A stretch of DNA of 63,630 nucleotides, filler included, from Octopus bimaculoides (lineage: Eukaryota): NCBI RefSeq assembly GCF_001194135.2. It is 6 parts of 5 records of this genome, joined end to end, with 100 filler letters (N's around TTAATTAATTAA, not from the genome) between each part and the next. Parts side by side here need not be neighbours in the genome. Positions count along the whole stretch, not along the records: positions 1 to 23,076 come from NC_068983.1; 5 more parts are not named here. The stretch is one strand, 5' to 3'. Shown one piece after another: positions 1-13,229 of the stretch. Position numbers and translations under genes: made by a program. Each line of letters begins with the position of its first letter. Positions within the stretch are counted from its first letter, which is position 1. A model generated the notes under the pieces. The model was not told the origin of the DNA and did not search any database. It was given only the letters and a program-made list of their open reading frames with translations.

Positions 1-47
1 ATATATATAAATTGTAAATGCAAAAATAAAAACAAAACACAAAGGAT

Positions 48-127
48 TCTGCGGTACACGTGTTTCAAGCTTTATAGTTGTTACATCAGTGTATAATTGA
101 CAGTATAAAGCTATCTTCAGCCGCAAA
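48..127 (-). ncRNA. Type I hammerhead ribozyme motif (Penelope-like-element type)
   Basis: Minus strand reads TTTGCGG-CTGAAGA-T-AGCTTTATA-(27 nt)-TATAAAGCT-T-GAAA-CACGTG-T-A-CCGCAGA. Stem I is 7 bp (one G.U). Core CUGAAGA and GAAA are intact. Stem II is a U.U mismatch plus 9 perfect bp. Stem III is the palindrome ACACGTGT. The GUA triplet predicts cleavage between 55 and 54. Confidence 0.8.
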
Positions 128-559
128 TGTATTCTCTCCCACGAATTATATCACATAGAAGTTAAAGGAGGAAACATATATATCTTTACAAACACACACA
201 CACACATACACAACATCTATTCATCTATCTTTCTCTGTATCTATATTTACAACCACATACATATATTCATAGATACACACTCATACACATATGCACACTA
301 AGCCTAATATTTTACGAAATAACAACAAACAGGCACAAGGTTTTATATTTCGAGAGAATAGTCAAATCAGTCGACACAAGGATCTAAAAGGTATGTGTTT
401 CCTGACCCCTATATGAATGAAATACATTAAATCTTGTATTCATATTCTACTTTCAATCATTCAGAAACCTCGTATCGAAAGATGTCGATAACACTTTGAC
501 TACTTGATTGATTTTGCAAGGGCATAAGATATATAAAAGGTGTGTAACTTAGTCAGAAC

Positions 560-1270
560 TAACTGCCCCATGGTATCATTGTTTAACGCATGAAGTTTCT
601 CTTGCCAATACTTACCAAATAGATGCATGAACGCATATACATACATACATTCGACCAGCACAAAAAATTTCATATTAACAGCGGTAGAGAACGCCTCTAC
701 CTAAGACGGAATCTAGGAGGCAGAGGCTTAACATCAATCCAGACTGCCTTCGAATGTCATATACCCCTTCGGCAACATCTTTTTACCACCAAGTGTCGAA
801 GAGCATCCCTAGATCAAGTTGGCATACACGAGATAGATAATATCATGAGATTTTGAAAGAAGCTACTCGAACAAAATTCTTGATAACCTTGAATACATGC
901 TTAATAACGTCGCATGACACAACTGCAACATATCAGATGAAAGAATGAGCGGATAACATCAGAAGACCAAGTATAGATATGTTAGCAGAAAGCTCCGGGA
1001 TGATAGTAACGTTGATAATCAAAGCAATCTATCAAGGACCTGGTTACTAGCTCTCACTTTGAAGGGTATGGGTTCACAATCCAGGAACAGGAAATCTCAA
1101 CCAAATACTGATTCACAAGAGGGACAGAAACGCAGAAAAAAACACCAAAATGTGATAACCGTTGCAATCTTTGTAAAGTTAACACCGATGATATCACCCA
1201 TAAGCAGCTGTTCAAATATGTCATCACAGAATTAGCAACCTATACAAAAGCATAAACTTGAGTACTAAAC
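560..1270 (+). mobile_element. Degenerate R4/Dong-like (RLE-type) non-LTR retrotransposon, post-RT and CCHC region
   Basis: Translations FHINSGRERLYLRRNLGGRGLTSIQTAFEC, IQEQEISTKY and KCDNRCNLCKVNTDDITH match motifs typical of R4-clade ORFs. Stops and frameshifts are present. Confidence 0.7.
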
Positions 1271-1450
1271 ATTTACAGAGTACGGCAGTATCGGCGAAAG
1301 TTTCGGAGTGCAACTTCAAATCATTTGAGCGTTAGTAAGTGCTTCCTATATTGGGAGTCTTGGGATTTCATCTCTTTACTGTATGTATGTATTATGCATA
1401 TATGCATGTATGTAGGCATGTATGCTTGTATGTATATGTATACACATAAT

Positions 1451-1817
1451 CTTTTATCTTTTATTTGCTTCAGCCATTAGACAGCAGTCATGCTGGGACA
1501 CCGACTTGAGGGATTTTAGTCGGGCAAATTGTCCCCAGGACTAATTATTTTAGAGTTAGTACTTATTTTATCGTGCTCTTTTGCAGAAACACTAAGTTAT
1601 TTGAACGTAAACACACCAACAGCAGTTAGTAAGCGGTGGGGAAGGGACAAAAACAGACACAAAGACAAACACACACACGCACACACACATACACACATAT
1701 GTACTTCTTTCAGTTTCCGTCATACAAAGCCACCTACAAGGTACCATGCAGTGAGACTGAGTCCAGAAACGTGTGGATGGGAAGCAAGCTTCTTACAACA
1801 CAGCCACTCCTGCACCT
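1451..1817 (-). mobile_element. tRNA-derived SINE family A (internal CA/TA microsatellite), diverged full-length copy
   Basis: Homologous along its length to the copies at 21802-22224, 41718-42106 and 48361-48831. Confidence 0.85.
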
Positions 1818-2074
1818 TCGAAAAACATGGAACTCTTCACGAATTTGCGTGTCATCCTTGTACATATGCTGCTTCAGCCATGCAACTACACACGTGCTTT
1901 CCTTGAACTATTTTGTCCTTCTCTCTGGACCTTTCGTCTTCCCTCATTTTGACGAAATATTATGCCCGAAACGTCACACACCCTCTTTTCCTCCATCCGA
2001 AAGTGAGCGATAACCTAATACATTCACTGTGTACCTCGTATTGATTTTTGTTGACTGTTTATTTTTCAATTTAC

Positions 2075-2095
2075 ACACACACACACACACACACA

Positions 2096-2166
<71 letters not shown>

Positions 2167-2193
2167 GTATATATGTATGTATGTATATATGTA

Positions 2194-2282
<89 letters not shown>
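2075..2282. repeat. Compound microsatellite (CA)n-(TATC)n-(TATG)n-(TG)n
   Basis: Read directly from the sequence. Confidence 0.95.
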
Positions 2283-4595
2283 TTCTGCCAAAACATTTTT
2301 AAAGGTATGGTAATCTGAATGAATGCTAGTCATCAATTCGATCAATTGAAGCTAAACAATGTAAAGAAAAAATTGCTCGTAATTTAATAACATTTTGTAG
2401 CAGATTTTAAGATATTATCATATTCACCACTTTGTCGGACCGTGTCTGCCTTCATGTTAATGAAGATATTAAAAATAACAATTTTCTCATATCGATTACA
2501 GTGCCACTAACAGAATGTTAGGCTTTGATAATTGCGATCTTATCAACGAATAGAAAAGTTATCTCTACTTCAAACACATGGACGTTTGATCATTTTTATG
2601 AGTTAAAAAATATACTTTAATTGAATTTCCTACTATATAAGCATCAACTTCAGGACCCACGCAAGCTTTGGTATATAATATCTGATCTTTTCGTAACATC
2701 ACATTCAAAATCACAAGTTTTTCTAAAAAAATGTATGGTTTAATTAAGTTTATGACATATACATATATATATNNNNNNNNNNNNNNNNNNNNNNNNNNNN
2801 NNNNNNNNNNNNNNNNNNNNNNNNNNNNNNNNNNNNNNNNNNNNNNNNNNNNNNNNNNNNNNNNNNNNNNNNNNNNNNNNNNNNNNNNNNNNNNNNNNNN
2901 NNNNNNNNNNNNNNNNNNNNNNNNNNNNNNNNNNNNNNNNNNNNNNNNNNNNNNNNNNNNNNNNNNNNNNNNNNNNNNNNNNNNNNNNNNNNNNNNNNNN
3001 NNNNNNNNNNNNNNNNNNNNNNNNNNNNNNNNNNNNNNNNNNNNNNNNNNNNNNNNNNNNNNNNNNNNNNNNNNNNNNNNNNNNNNNNNNNNNNNNNNNN
3101 NNNNNNNNNNNNNNNNNNNNNNNNNNNNNNNNNNNNNNNNNNNNNNNNNNNNNNNNNNNNNNNNNNNNNNNNNNNNNNNNNNNNNNNNNNNNNNNNNNNN
3201 NNNNNNNNNNNNNNNNNNNNNNNNNNNNNNNNNNNNNNNNNNNNNNNNNNNNNNNNNNNNNNNNNNNNNNNNNNNNNATATATATATATATATATATATA
3301 TATACACTAAAATTCCAATAATATAGGCAGCAGCTTCATGACCCAATCAAGCTTTAGTGTATAATATTGGGACTTTGATCATTCAGGTGACATTTTTTCG
3401 GTATTTCACTTTTTATTTGATATACCATCAAGCATGCTCGTTTGTGGTTATTCTCTTCAAATGCAAGTTTTTAAACGTCATTCTGTTAGTGCATTTTTTT
3501 TTATTTATTGTCACATTTTCGCTTTTAATTTGAATATTTATCGGTTCATTTTTCAGTATTGGCCTATATCATTATTAAATTGCTTTTTTCACTAAATCGT
3601 TATGCAACAGCTGTTTGAGGGACATGTTATTTAGTGTCTCCAAATTATGATAGGCCGTTGTAGTATCCTCTTTAATTGTAATACATGTTATATGTCATTC
3701 CTTTACTATTTGTTAGGTTCTTTATTTTACCTGGCCAGTCTAATTTGCTTTTCTGTTGGGGTTGATATAATCACCGTGTCACCAAATTTATCTACACTCC
3801 TTTTAAACAATATTCTCAATTTAAAAGTCAAATATTCTAATGTTTGCAACGTGTTAGCTTCTAATTTCCTCTATTGAGCAAATATTCTAACTGGATAATT
3901 AGTCAATATTTTTCTGTAAAGTACAAGTGCATGTTCCAGAAACATTTATGTAAAAAGTTGCCCAGTTTATATTTCTACATATATAATACTATCTTAGAAA
4001 GAGTCCAAGGACATTATTACAGATTTGTCCTGGAACTATTTAGTAATTTAAGATTAAACTTATAAGCAGTTACATTCGCATGTTTAATGCGAATATATGC
4101 TGAAAAATAGAAATCCGAGCTTAATTCACAGACTTTCGGTAGCCAGGGAATAAATTTAAATCAGCTCATTTCTACTATTGGTAAAATTTTCGTATATGTC
4201 CGTGTAATGGCAGCAGTTTGTTATTGTCTTGTTCGCCTTCATCCAGTTTCTTGTCGTTCGTGGAAAGAAATCTTTTGTGTTTTCAATACTAGTAATTATC
4301 ATTTTTATGCATATATGAATGTATGTACACATGAATAAATGTATGTTAGGTGTTTGTTAGTGCTACTGGTAACATGCAATCCGGCAACCATACCAAGCCT
4401 GCTTGGTAAGGAGGACGGTTTTTTGTTTGGCATCCAGTAAAATGGAAAATAAAGGACAGATGAACTCAGCAGTCATCGACCATCCAGTAGCTGGAAGTGT
4501 GAGACACCTGACCACTGGGAATAAAGGACCCTTAGTTATCTCCATACTGCACTTGTGTTGTGAATTGTTTTGATATAACCTCGATATATATACAT

Positions 4596-6830
4596 TTTCA
4601 GAAACAAAGTTTACTGATGATGGCCAGTTAGAAGAGAGTATGGTTACACCTTATTTTACAAGGGAGGATCAAATTGCGTCGAGAAACTAATGTTGGTTTC
4701 GCTGTTAAAACGCATTTAGTGCAGCATTTGACTCTTGGTTTATCTTGTGAGTTTTGTCGGTGTGATTGTTGTTTGTAGTTGCCAGCCGATGTGACGTGAA
4801 AATGATTGAGTTGCTGAATGAAAATGTATTTTGAGGGCCACGTGAAGAAATAAGGGACAATAACTACGAATAGTTAACAGATTTCATCTGTGTTGGTCTT
4901 TTACAATTACTAACAGCGATAATTACATACTGGGGGTAACATACTGCCAAGAGTTTACAACAAGCTTACTGATTTAGCAATCATTGGCTGGCCTATCACA
5001 CATGGAAACTAATTGTGCTACATTCGTGACGAAGGAAGATTTTGTCTACTATCAGCTAGGTGTATGAATTGGCTGAATGTGGCAAGAATGGAGAAACAAC
5101 GTAGAGCAGCCTCAACATTCTGTAATTACCGCAAAAACCGCTTTTTTATGGAGCACAAAGAGAAAATTCTAGAAGATTGAATCATACGAATGCTTAATGC
5201 TGATTGTTTGCTTAATAAACCGACCGCATAAAACTACTGTGGTTTCATCGTGATATCTGATCGGCTACCTAGCAGTTCAGTTTCGAATTACCGCTACACT
5301 CTGAATGATGCTTCAGTTACAACTTTACCCAAAGCAATTAATGAAAAAGACATTCTGAAAAGTGTTGATAAGAAAAACGAACCTATATTTCTGGGAGACA
5401 TAAATTCCCGTTTTGTATGTGAATCTGAACTTTGAAGTAGCAAGGGAAGTCAGGCAATGGGGAAACTCAACGTAAATGGGGATGGGGTTCTCCTATTACA
5501 GCTATGTCAGGAATTAGACTTAATTATAACCAATACTTGGTTCAACCAAAAGGATATTTATAAGGCTTCTTGGAAGCATCCACGTTCAGGACTTCAGAAC
5601 ATTCTCGATTATATAACAGTCTGTAGAAAAGATCTGTTAGAAGGAAAATCCTATCTGGTACATGCAGTCCATAAAAAGCTGCGCTGTGGCAGCACGAAAG
5701 CACGTAAATGGATTCATGATTCAAAATGAAACTGCCCTTAAAAGCTTAGGCAATAACACAAAACAGTACAAGTGGTCGATAGTGATTCATTTGTAAATTT
5801 TACTGCTTTCACTACGTTGGTATTCATTGATGGAAGACGAAAGACTTTTGACTGACTGCTCTGTTGTTCTATACCGGGCCGTGATAACCTGGAGAAAGAT
5901 CTTGAAAGCGTGAAAGGCAAAGGTCTAGGGAGAGTTGTGGATGACAGAAAACCCACTAAATTCAGACATTTTCAGACAAATGATATTCAAAATCACTCTA
6001 CCACCAGTTGCGTGTAGTCAATAGCCTACCATCATCCATCTTTTCACTTCTAAGTGCGAGGAATGGTGATGAGCAGCAACGCAAGCAAGGCGAAATCTAT
6101 GTCAGGTGGTGGCAGCGTTTTAGGGATAGTCTTGAACTGTGAGGTTGCAGTAAGTCCTGTTATCACGGATACTTGTGATTCACAGGCTTGATTCTCCACC
6201 AACTAATGATAAAATAATGGTTGCTGTAAAATGGATGGATATCGGGAAGACACTTGGGAATGTTGGTGTTGTTACTGATGAAATACTGGTACGTTCATCT
6301 ATAATATGTCACACAGTGTGCACGAAATGTAAATTCCCACAAGAGCAGAGAAATGCCATTCTTGTTTCTTTGTAGAAAGAATTCACAGACATATGTAATA
6401 ACTACGTGTAACCAGTTAGTGACAAAATATTTTCAAGGATTCTTCTCAATCGTATACTAGATCCTGTTGTGCCAGAATTCTTCACACACACACACACATA
6501 CATGCAAGCATATATATGTATGTGCACGAAGGTGTACGCACACATACCCATACACACACATATGTCTGTATTCGTATATTTTCAGAGGGCAGCTCGACAA
6601 AGTAAATACCACAGAAGATGACGTTAGACATGGATAGAAGACTCAGAGGATGACAATTGACACTAAGTGCTGACAAAAGAAGCAGCAGATGTTTTCGTTG
6701 GTGATGGTTGAAGTAGTGAAGATGATGAAAACAGTATCCATTGTCCAATATACCCATATTCCCTTGTATACTCTGATCACCCGAGGAGCGGATGTCCAGC
6801 AATAAGACGAGCTCAGAGAACAATATCCGG
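4596..6830 (+). mobile_element. Fragmented RTE-clade LINE relic (APE endonuclease and RT N-terminus)
   Basis: Peptides IFLGDINSR, GKLNVNGDGVLLLQLCQELDLIITNTWFNQKDIYKASWKHPRSGLQNILDYI, LDSPPTNDKIMVAVKWMDIGKTLG and KIFSRILLNRIL match RTE APE/RT motifs. The relic is interrupted by insertions, stops and a microsatellite. Confidence 0.8.
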
Positions 6831-8798
6831 AAGCAATATCAACCGAAATTAGGCTCATTCTTGAACCCGATTTGTTATAACTTTGTTACAGCTTTTAAGC
6901 TGAATAAAGATGACCCAACTGTTGACACATTCTTACCTTCGTCTATAATACACCCCACCTCAAAAATCCCACAGCAACCGCCACTACCATCATATCAATC
7001 TCACGTTATTTATCATAGGTAAATGATATTTGAAATTAACGGCATCAACATTTTAATGTTTACATATTATCATATGAAATGATATAAAATATTTAGATGT
7101 ATTACGTAGCTATATGGTGTTGACAGTGTTTTCTGAGATTTTGCTATAAATTATCATATACATCATAGAATGCAAATATTTCTAATACCATTCAAGGATA
7201 TAATATTAAAAGATCGGTTTAAATGGACACTCTCCGCCTATTAATACAGTTTAATGAGGTTCCACTATATGCATACGTGAAAAATACTTCCATACAAATA
7301 GAAACGTACACACACACACACACACATGTATGTGTGTGTGTGTATGCGCGCGCATGTATATGTGTTTATGGCCCCCTCTGGAAACTAATCGAAAAGTTTT
7401 ATAATACGCTACTGTAAGTGAAAGATTTGTAAGTGAAAGAAAAAGGCAGCATGTGTTTCATGTATACAGTATGTGAGACCTATCCACAAACCCACATATT
7501 ATTTTGTTTGATCTTATGTATTTGCCACTTTTCTTCTCTTTATTACTAACTAATAATGAGGTAGTGTTTTTCTCCCCACCTCTTCCATTGCTTCAAAGAA
7601 ACAGCGAGGCTTTATATCTGAGGAAGAAAGAGAAAGCAAGAAACAAGAGGTTTTAAAAGTTTCAGAAAGTAAAATAGAACTACAATAATGCTTTCATTAT
7701 TGAATATACATTACTTTCCTTCTTACAAGGCATACAATTATTTTCAATACATTTTAGAGTTTAGTGCTTCATTCAAAGAGGAATCTTCAAAGTAGAAAAA
7801 CTTAATGTAAACACTGATTTAAATGATACATGTACATTTGTATGTAAGTATGCCAGCGCGTATATATGTGTATATATATATATGTGTATATATATATATA
7901 TACATGTATGTATGTATATATATATANNNNNNNNNNNNNNNNNNNNNNNNNNNNNNNNNNNNNNNNNNNNNNNNNNNNNNNNNNNNNNNNNNNNNNNNNN
8001 NNNNNNNNNNNNNNNNNNNNNNNNNNNNNNNNNNNNNNNNNNNNNNNNNNNNNNNNNNNNNNNNNNNNNNNNNNNNNNNNNNNNNNNNNNNNNNNNNNNN
8101 NNNNNNNNNNNNNNNNNNNNNNNNNNNNNNNNNNNNNNNNNNNNNNNNNNNNNNNNNNNNNNNNNNNNNNNNNNNNNNNNNNNNNNNNNNNNNNNNNNNN
8201 NNNNNNNNNNNNNNNNNNNNNNNNNNNNNNNNNNNNNNNNNNNNNNNNNNNNNNNNNNNNNNNNNNNNNNNNNNNNNNNNNNNNNNNNNNNNNNNNNNNN
8301 NNNNNNNNNNNNNNNNNNNNNNNNNNNTGTATATATATATATGTGTATATATATATATATACATGTATGTATGTATATGTGTGTGCGTGTGTGTATACAT
8401 CCACACGCACTTCAGTGTTTACATTTGTGTGAATGCCATAACAGATAAAATATAATATACACCGAACACTAATACATTATTATTTTAGTAAAAAGTCGCA
8501 TATAATAGCCCTTGTACACAAATATTGTTTTGTAAATACGTTGTTTGCATTAGTAATAACATCTTTAGGTTCAAAGAAACAAATTCTAACAAAACGCTAC
8601 GTAAGTCTCTTCTCTGGCAAATTGTTTTTCCACTCGCATAGAAATTAATCTGCAAAATTCTGAAGTTCTTTACATGACCTCCCGGCTCTTTGAAGTCACT
8701 GACAAATGCCACTAGGTCTTTTTGTCATCTGCTTCCTTTTCAGAAAGAAATTTTAAGAAAAATCAAGGAAGTATTGTGTATGACAATGCATAGTATTC

Positions 8799-8838
<40 letters not shown>

Positions 8839-8952
8839 GAGTGAGGGTATGCATTATAGCTTGTCATAGTATCTGATTTATATTAGTTGATTTATTAGTA
8901 TTTATTAATTATTTATATGTTTAATTTCATTGGCGTTTAAAATCTGTTTCTG

Positions 8953-9193
8953 ATATATATATGTATGAGCGTGTGCATGTTTGTGTGTCTGTGTTTGTCC
9001 CCCCCCCCAATATCGCTTGACAACCGATGCTGGTGTGTTTAGGTCCCCGTAACTTAGCGGTTCGGCAAAAAAAGACCGATAGAATAAGTACTAGGCTTCC
9101 AAAGAATAAGTCCTGGGGTCGATTTGCTCGACTAAAGGTGGTGTTCCAGCATGGCCACAGTCAAATGACTGAAACAAGTAAAAAAGTAAAAGA
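8953..9193 (+). mobile_element. SINE family A, 3' half
   Basis: Contains ATCGCTTGACAACCGATGCTGG...CCTGGGGTCGATTTGCTCGACTAAAGG...GACTGAAACAAGTAAAA, shared with other copies. Confidence 0.9.
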
Positions 9194-9312
9194 GGATACA
9201 GGGATTTTAAATGTATTTTCCTAATAAGGTTTTACCGATAAAGGTTTTTTCATACTGAACTACTTGGCAAAATTGTTAATTTTATTACTAATTGACGATT
9301 CCCTGCCCTATA

Positions 9313-9361
<49 letters not shown>

Positions 9362-9367
<6 letters not shown>

Positions 9368-9530
9368 GGCGGGCTTCTTTCAGTTTCCGTCTACCAAATC
9401 CACTCACAAGGCTTTGGTCGGCCCGAGGCTATAGTAGAAGACACTTGCCCAAGGCGCCACGCAGTGGGACTGAACCCGGAACCATGTGGTTGATAAGCAA
9501 GCTACTTACCACACAGCCACTCCTGCGCCT
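9362..9530 (-). mobile_element. SINE family A, 5' half with tRNA-like head
   Basis: Minus-strand head AGGCGCAGGAGTGGCTGTGTGGTAAG...GGGTTCAGTCCC carries A-box and B-box-like motifs. The copy abuts a (TA)n tract. Confidence 0.9.
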
Positions 9531-10498
9531 ATATTTCTATTTGTTATTACTTGTTACTTGTATTAAAAATAATAAATATCTCAATTATTATGTATACTTT
9601 ACAAAATAATTAGAAATTTAAAAATAGGTTATAAAAATGATAGTAGTACATAATTAGTTAGTACAATCAATAGAATAATACACTTATATACTACAGTAAA
9701 ATCTATCTTGAACAACAAACTCAGTAAAATTTGTTTGAAATTTAGCCTATAGTCTTCATATTTTTAGTCTCGAGCCAGTGCTTATTTTTTCCATAATGAA
9801 TTTGCCTACCATATACACTAATCTACTTTAGCTATATTGGTACTTCTGGCTCTCATTTTTTAAGCATTCTAGTGTGTCAATATTTTAACAAAATGATGGT
9901 ACCTTATTTAATTATAATGTTACTTTGTAAATTAAAATCAAATAATTTTAATATTCAAATTTTATCCTTAGCTTCAATACCTTGAGTAAAATTTTCTTGT
10001 TCTGTACTTTACCAGATGTAATAAGAAGTCCTGAACTTTTGGAAGTGTAATAACTTGTCCTGTAGTTTCCCAGGTTTACAATGTTAAGAATATTATTTCT
10101 CTTGCTCGCATTTTTCCATTTAATCCATGTTTTTTCCAGGCTATGCTATTATGTTGGTAAATAATATGTCAAATGTATAGAACTATAGTATCACCTTCAA
10201 ATTTGACAAACTAAAACTCATAACTTTTTTCTTTTAAAACTTCATTGCATGAGATTGATACCATGAAATTCCACGAATTGAGCACTTTCATTTAAGTTTA
10301 ATTTATATATAGTTTGTTTTTAAAATAAAAAAAAGTTAATTATACTTAACGCCAATTTTTTGCCTTATTTTATTTTTTCATGATATTTTACCTCACAACT
10401 TTTTGGTATACATTTTTGTTGCATGGGAATAAAACTATGAAATTCTTCATGCTTTCTTCTATCATTGAAACTAAGATAAATATATTTTGCGTTTAAAA

Positions 10499-10654
10499 TA
10501 TACGACGGGATTCTTTCAGTTTCCGTCTATCAAATTTTTGGTCGGACCGAGGCTATAGTAGAAGACACTTGCCCAAGGTGCCACGCAGTGGGACTGAACC
10601 AAGAACCATGTGGTTGGTAAGCAAGTTACTTACCACACAGTCACTGCTATGCCT
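10499..10654 (-). mobile_element. SINE family A, 5' half
   Basis: Near-identical to 9362-9530 apart from a short internal deletion. Confidence 0.88.
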
Positions 10655-11836
10655 ATGTATGTATATATATATAATATTACAAAATATATAGTTTTAGGGA
10701 AAATAACCAAGTTTCAAGAACTCATCGATGAAAATCCACTATCACATATAGAAGAATTAATAATTAAAAGCACAAATATATAATATTACATTTATATATN
10801 NNNNNNNNNNNNNNNNNNNNNNNNNNNNNNNNNNNNNNNNNNNNNNNNNNNNNNNNNNNNNNNNNNNNNNNNNNNNNNNNNNNNNNNNNNNNNNNNNNNN
10901 NNNNNNNNNNNNNNNNNNNNNNNNNNNNNNNNNNNNNNNNNNNNNNNNNNNNNNNNNNNNNNNNNNNTATATAACTGACTGCATAAATGATACAGTAGTC
11001 ATTCTGAAAATTACTATTAGTCCAAGCAATCCAACATTACAAGAACACACTGAATAACCAACATGTAAATTATAATATATTGCGAATAAATTCCAACTGT
11101 AGACTACATGAAGATATAGAAAGCATTCTAAAGCAAATCACGAAATTCATTTCATGAAACGATAAAAGGAAGCTAATAATATAGTCCAAAAGTACTAAAA
11201 TTAAACACTTTCTCCTGAACCACACATGCCAATCGGTCATAAACTTTTGAGTGATGTGTAATATCGATTTTAAATGCAAACGTAATAAAATTCTTAACTG
11301 TATCTGTGATATTGGTCATACAAGTACAGCACTCGCCTAGCGGATAACTATGCATTTAAAAAAAAGGAGATATTACAATGCTTCAGCACACAACACAAAG
11401 CACATCCACAGCAGAAAACATTAATAATAATGTGTCCACACTCAGCAGAATTACACATTAAATATAAACGATTAATTTTGGAAGCAAAACTGGAAGAGCA
11501 GCACTGTATTCAAGTAAATGCCATAACAAACAATACACAGACGCAATCAAGAATAAACCACGTAGTGATGATGTAACTGTCAAGATTCAAATTCTGGTGG
11601 TAATGTTTACACTAATTGCATCAATGTCAGTAAGAGGTGGTGACAAAGTCAAGCTTCACTTTATCCTGCTGATGAGACTGTGAAGTTCTGGAAAATTTGA
11701 TGGTAAATTTAGCAATTTCAAACAAACTACAAGCATCTCAGGAATATATGAAATTTAGTACAGTTATAACATGTTAAAAAAAGCCTATTCCTAGTATATA
11801 TGTGTTATACTATCGCTCTCTCTCTCTCTCTCTCTG

Positions 11837-11897
<61 letters not shown>

Positions 11898-11907
11898 CAT
11901 AAGGGTG

Positions 11908-12020
11908 GTTAGCAATTTTTCAACTGAGTGGCAAAAATATATACGTCCCTAAAGCGACTGAATAGCCCTCAGTCGCTTTAGTGATATATGTTTTTGCCTA
12001 TCGATTGAAAAATTGCTAAC
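11908..12020. repeat. 113-bp imperfect palindrome (MITE-like hairpin)
   Basis: Paired arms GTTAGCAATTTTTCAA/TTGAAAAATTGCTAAC, GGCAAAAA/TTTTTGCC and CTAAAGCGACTGA/TCAGTCGCTTTAG, with a 7-nt loop. Confidence 0.85.
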
Positions 12021-12243
12021 AAGCTACTCTTATTATTCATAATTTACACATTTACCATTTATGAAATCAGCGTATGATTTCTACGGTGATCTTAACTGAC
12101 AAGACGAGTTGAGCTTAACTCAACGCGCCGGTAAGAGCCACTGGCTAGCATTAATGTATAATGTAAATGTGAAATCACTGGTGCATATATTTGTTTATAT
12201 ATATGAAAATATATATAATTATATATATGTATGTATGTATATA

Positions 12244-13065
12244 TCAGGGGTACTGAAAACTGATATCGTATTTTGTGTGTGTCGGCACTCCGTCGCTTAC
12301 GACGTTGAGGGTTCCAGTTGATCCGTTCAACGGAACAGCCTGCTCGTGAAATTAACGTGCAAGTGGCTGAGCACTCCACAGACACGTGTACCCTTAACGT
12401 AGTTCTCGGGGATATTCAGCGTGACACAGAGTGTGACAAGGCTGATCCTTTGAATTACAGGCACAACAGAAACAGGAAGTATGTGTGAGAGAAAGTTGTG
12501 GTGAAAGAGTACAGCAAGGTTCACCACCATCCCCTGCCGGAGCCTCGTGGAGCCTCGTGGAGCTTTAAGTGTTTTCGCTCAATAAACACGCACAACGCCC
12601 GGTCTGGGAATCGAAACCGCGATCCTATAACCGCGATCCTATGACCGCGAGTCTGCTGCCCTAACCACTAGGCCATTGCGCCTCCACCGTATTTTGTGTA
12701 ATGAGTTCAAATCAGCATAAAACATATCATAAATATATTTATTCATTGAAAATCGCCGTCGTTAGCAATAATATTTTCGTACTTTGAAATCAGTTTGATT
12801 CCTCAGACAAAAATGAAATCAGATTCTTTAGAAGAGAAAATATTCAGTCAAGTAGACTGAATGAGTGAAAATCTGATAGGTCTGGCAAGTAGTGAGTGTT
12901 AGGTAGAACTTCCCAGTTTAATGAATACGTCCTTTTTTGTGTGATCTTCATTGAATGTGGCCTGGCATTATAATGTCGCAAGATGACATTCTTTCTGTTG
13001 TGCCCTCTTCTCTTCTCTATACACTTTCCCCAATTTGCTTGAAATAATCGTGCACAATGGATCAA
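12244..13065 (-). mobile_element. Mariner (DD34D-type) transposase relic, C-terminal part and probable terminus
   Basis: RKNVILRHYNARPHSMKITQKRTYSLNWEVLPNTHYLPDLSDFHSF resembles the mariner HHDNARPH...WEVLPHPPYSPDL motif. A TIR-like TA-TCAGGGGTACTGAAAA lies at about 12242. Confidence 0.8.
12279..12687 (-). mobile_element. SINE family C, full length with 12-bp TSD, nested in the mariner relic
   Basis: Flanked by the direct repeat CGTATTTTGTGT (12267-12278 and 12688-12699). tRNA-like head lies on the minus strand. Homologous to 27593-27957. Confidence 0.9.
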
Positions 13066-13229
13066 GGTTAATTAATCGCCCGGGGAAATCTTTGAAATTT
13101 TGACGCATGTCATCTTGAGGTATGATGTCAGACAATTTGCTTGAAAATATATTTCTTTTCAATAAAGTTTAATATTTTCATTTAAAGGTATATGTCAGTG
13201 ACGCATGTGCGTATCACGACATACACATA

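Noticed and set aside
1950-1980. TTGACGAA...CCCGAAACGTCAC
   Set aside because: It resembles a Penelope terminus, but stems I and II do not pair; it is too degenerate to call.
1529-2013. 125-aa ORFs, and similar ORFs at 9292, 21971, 22669 and 48351
   Set aside because: They are chance reading frames across SINE copies.
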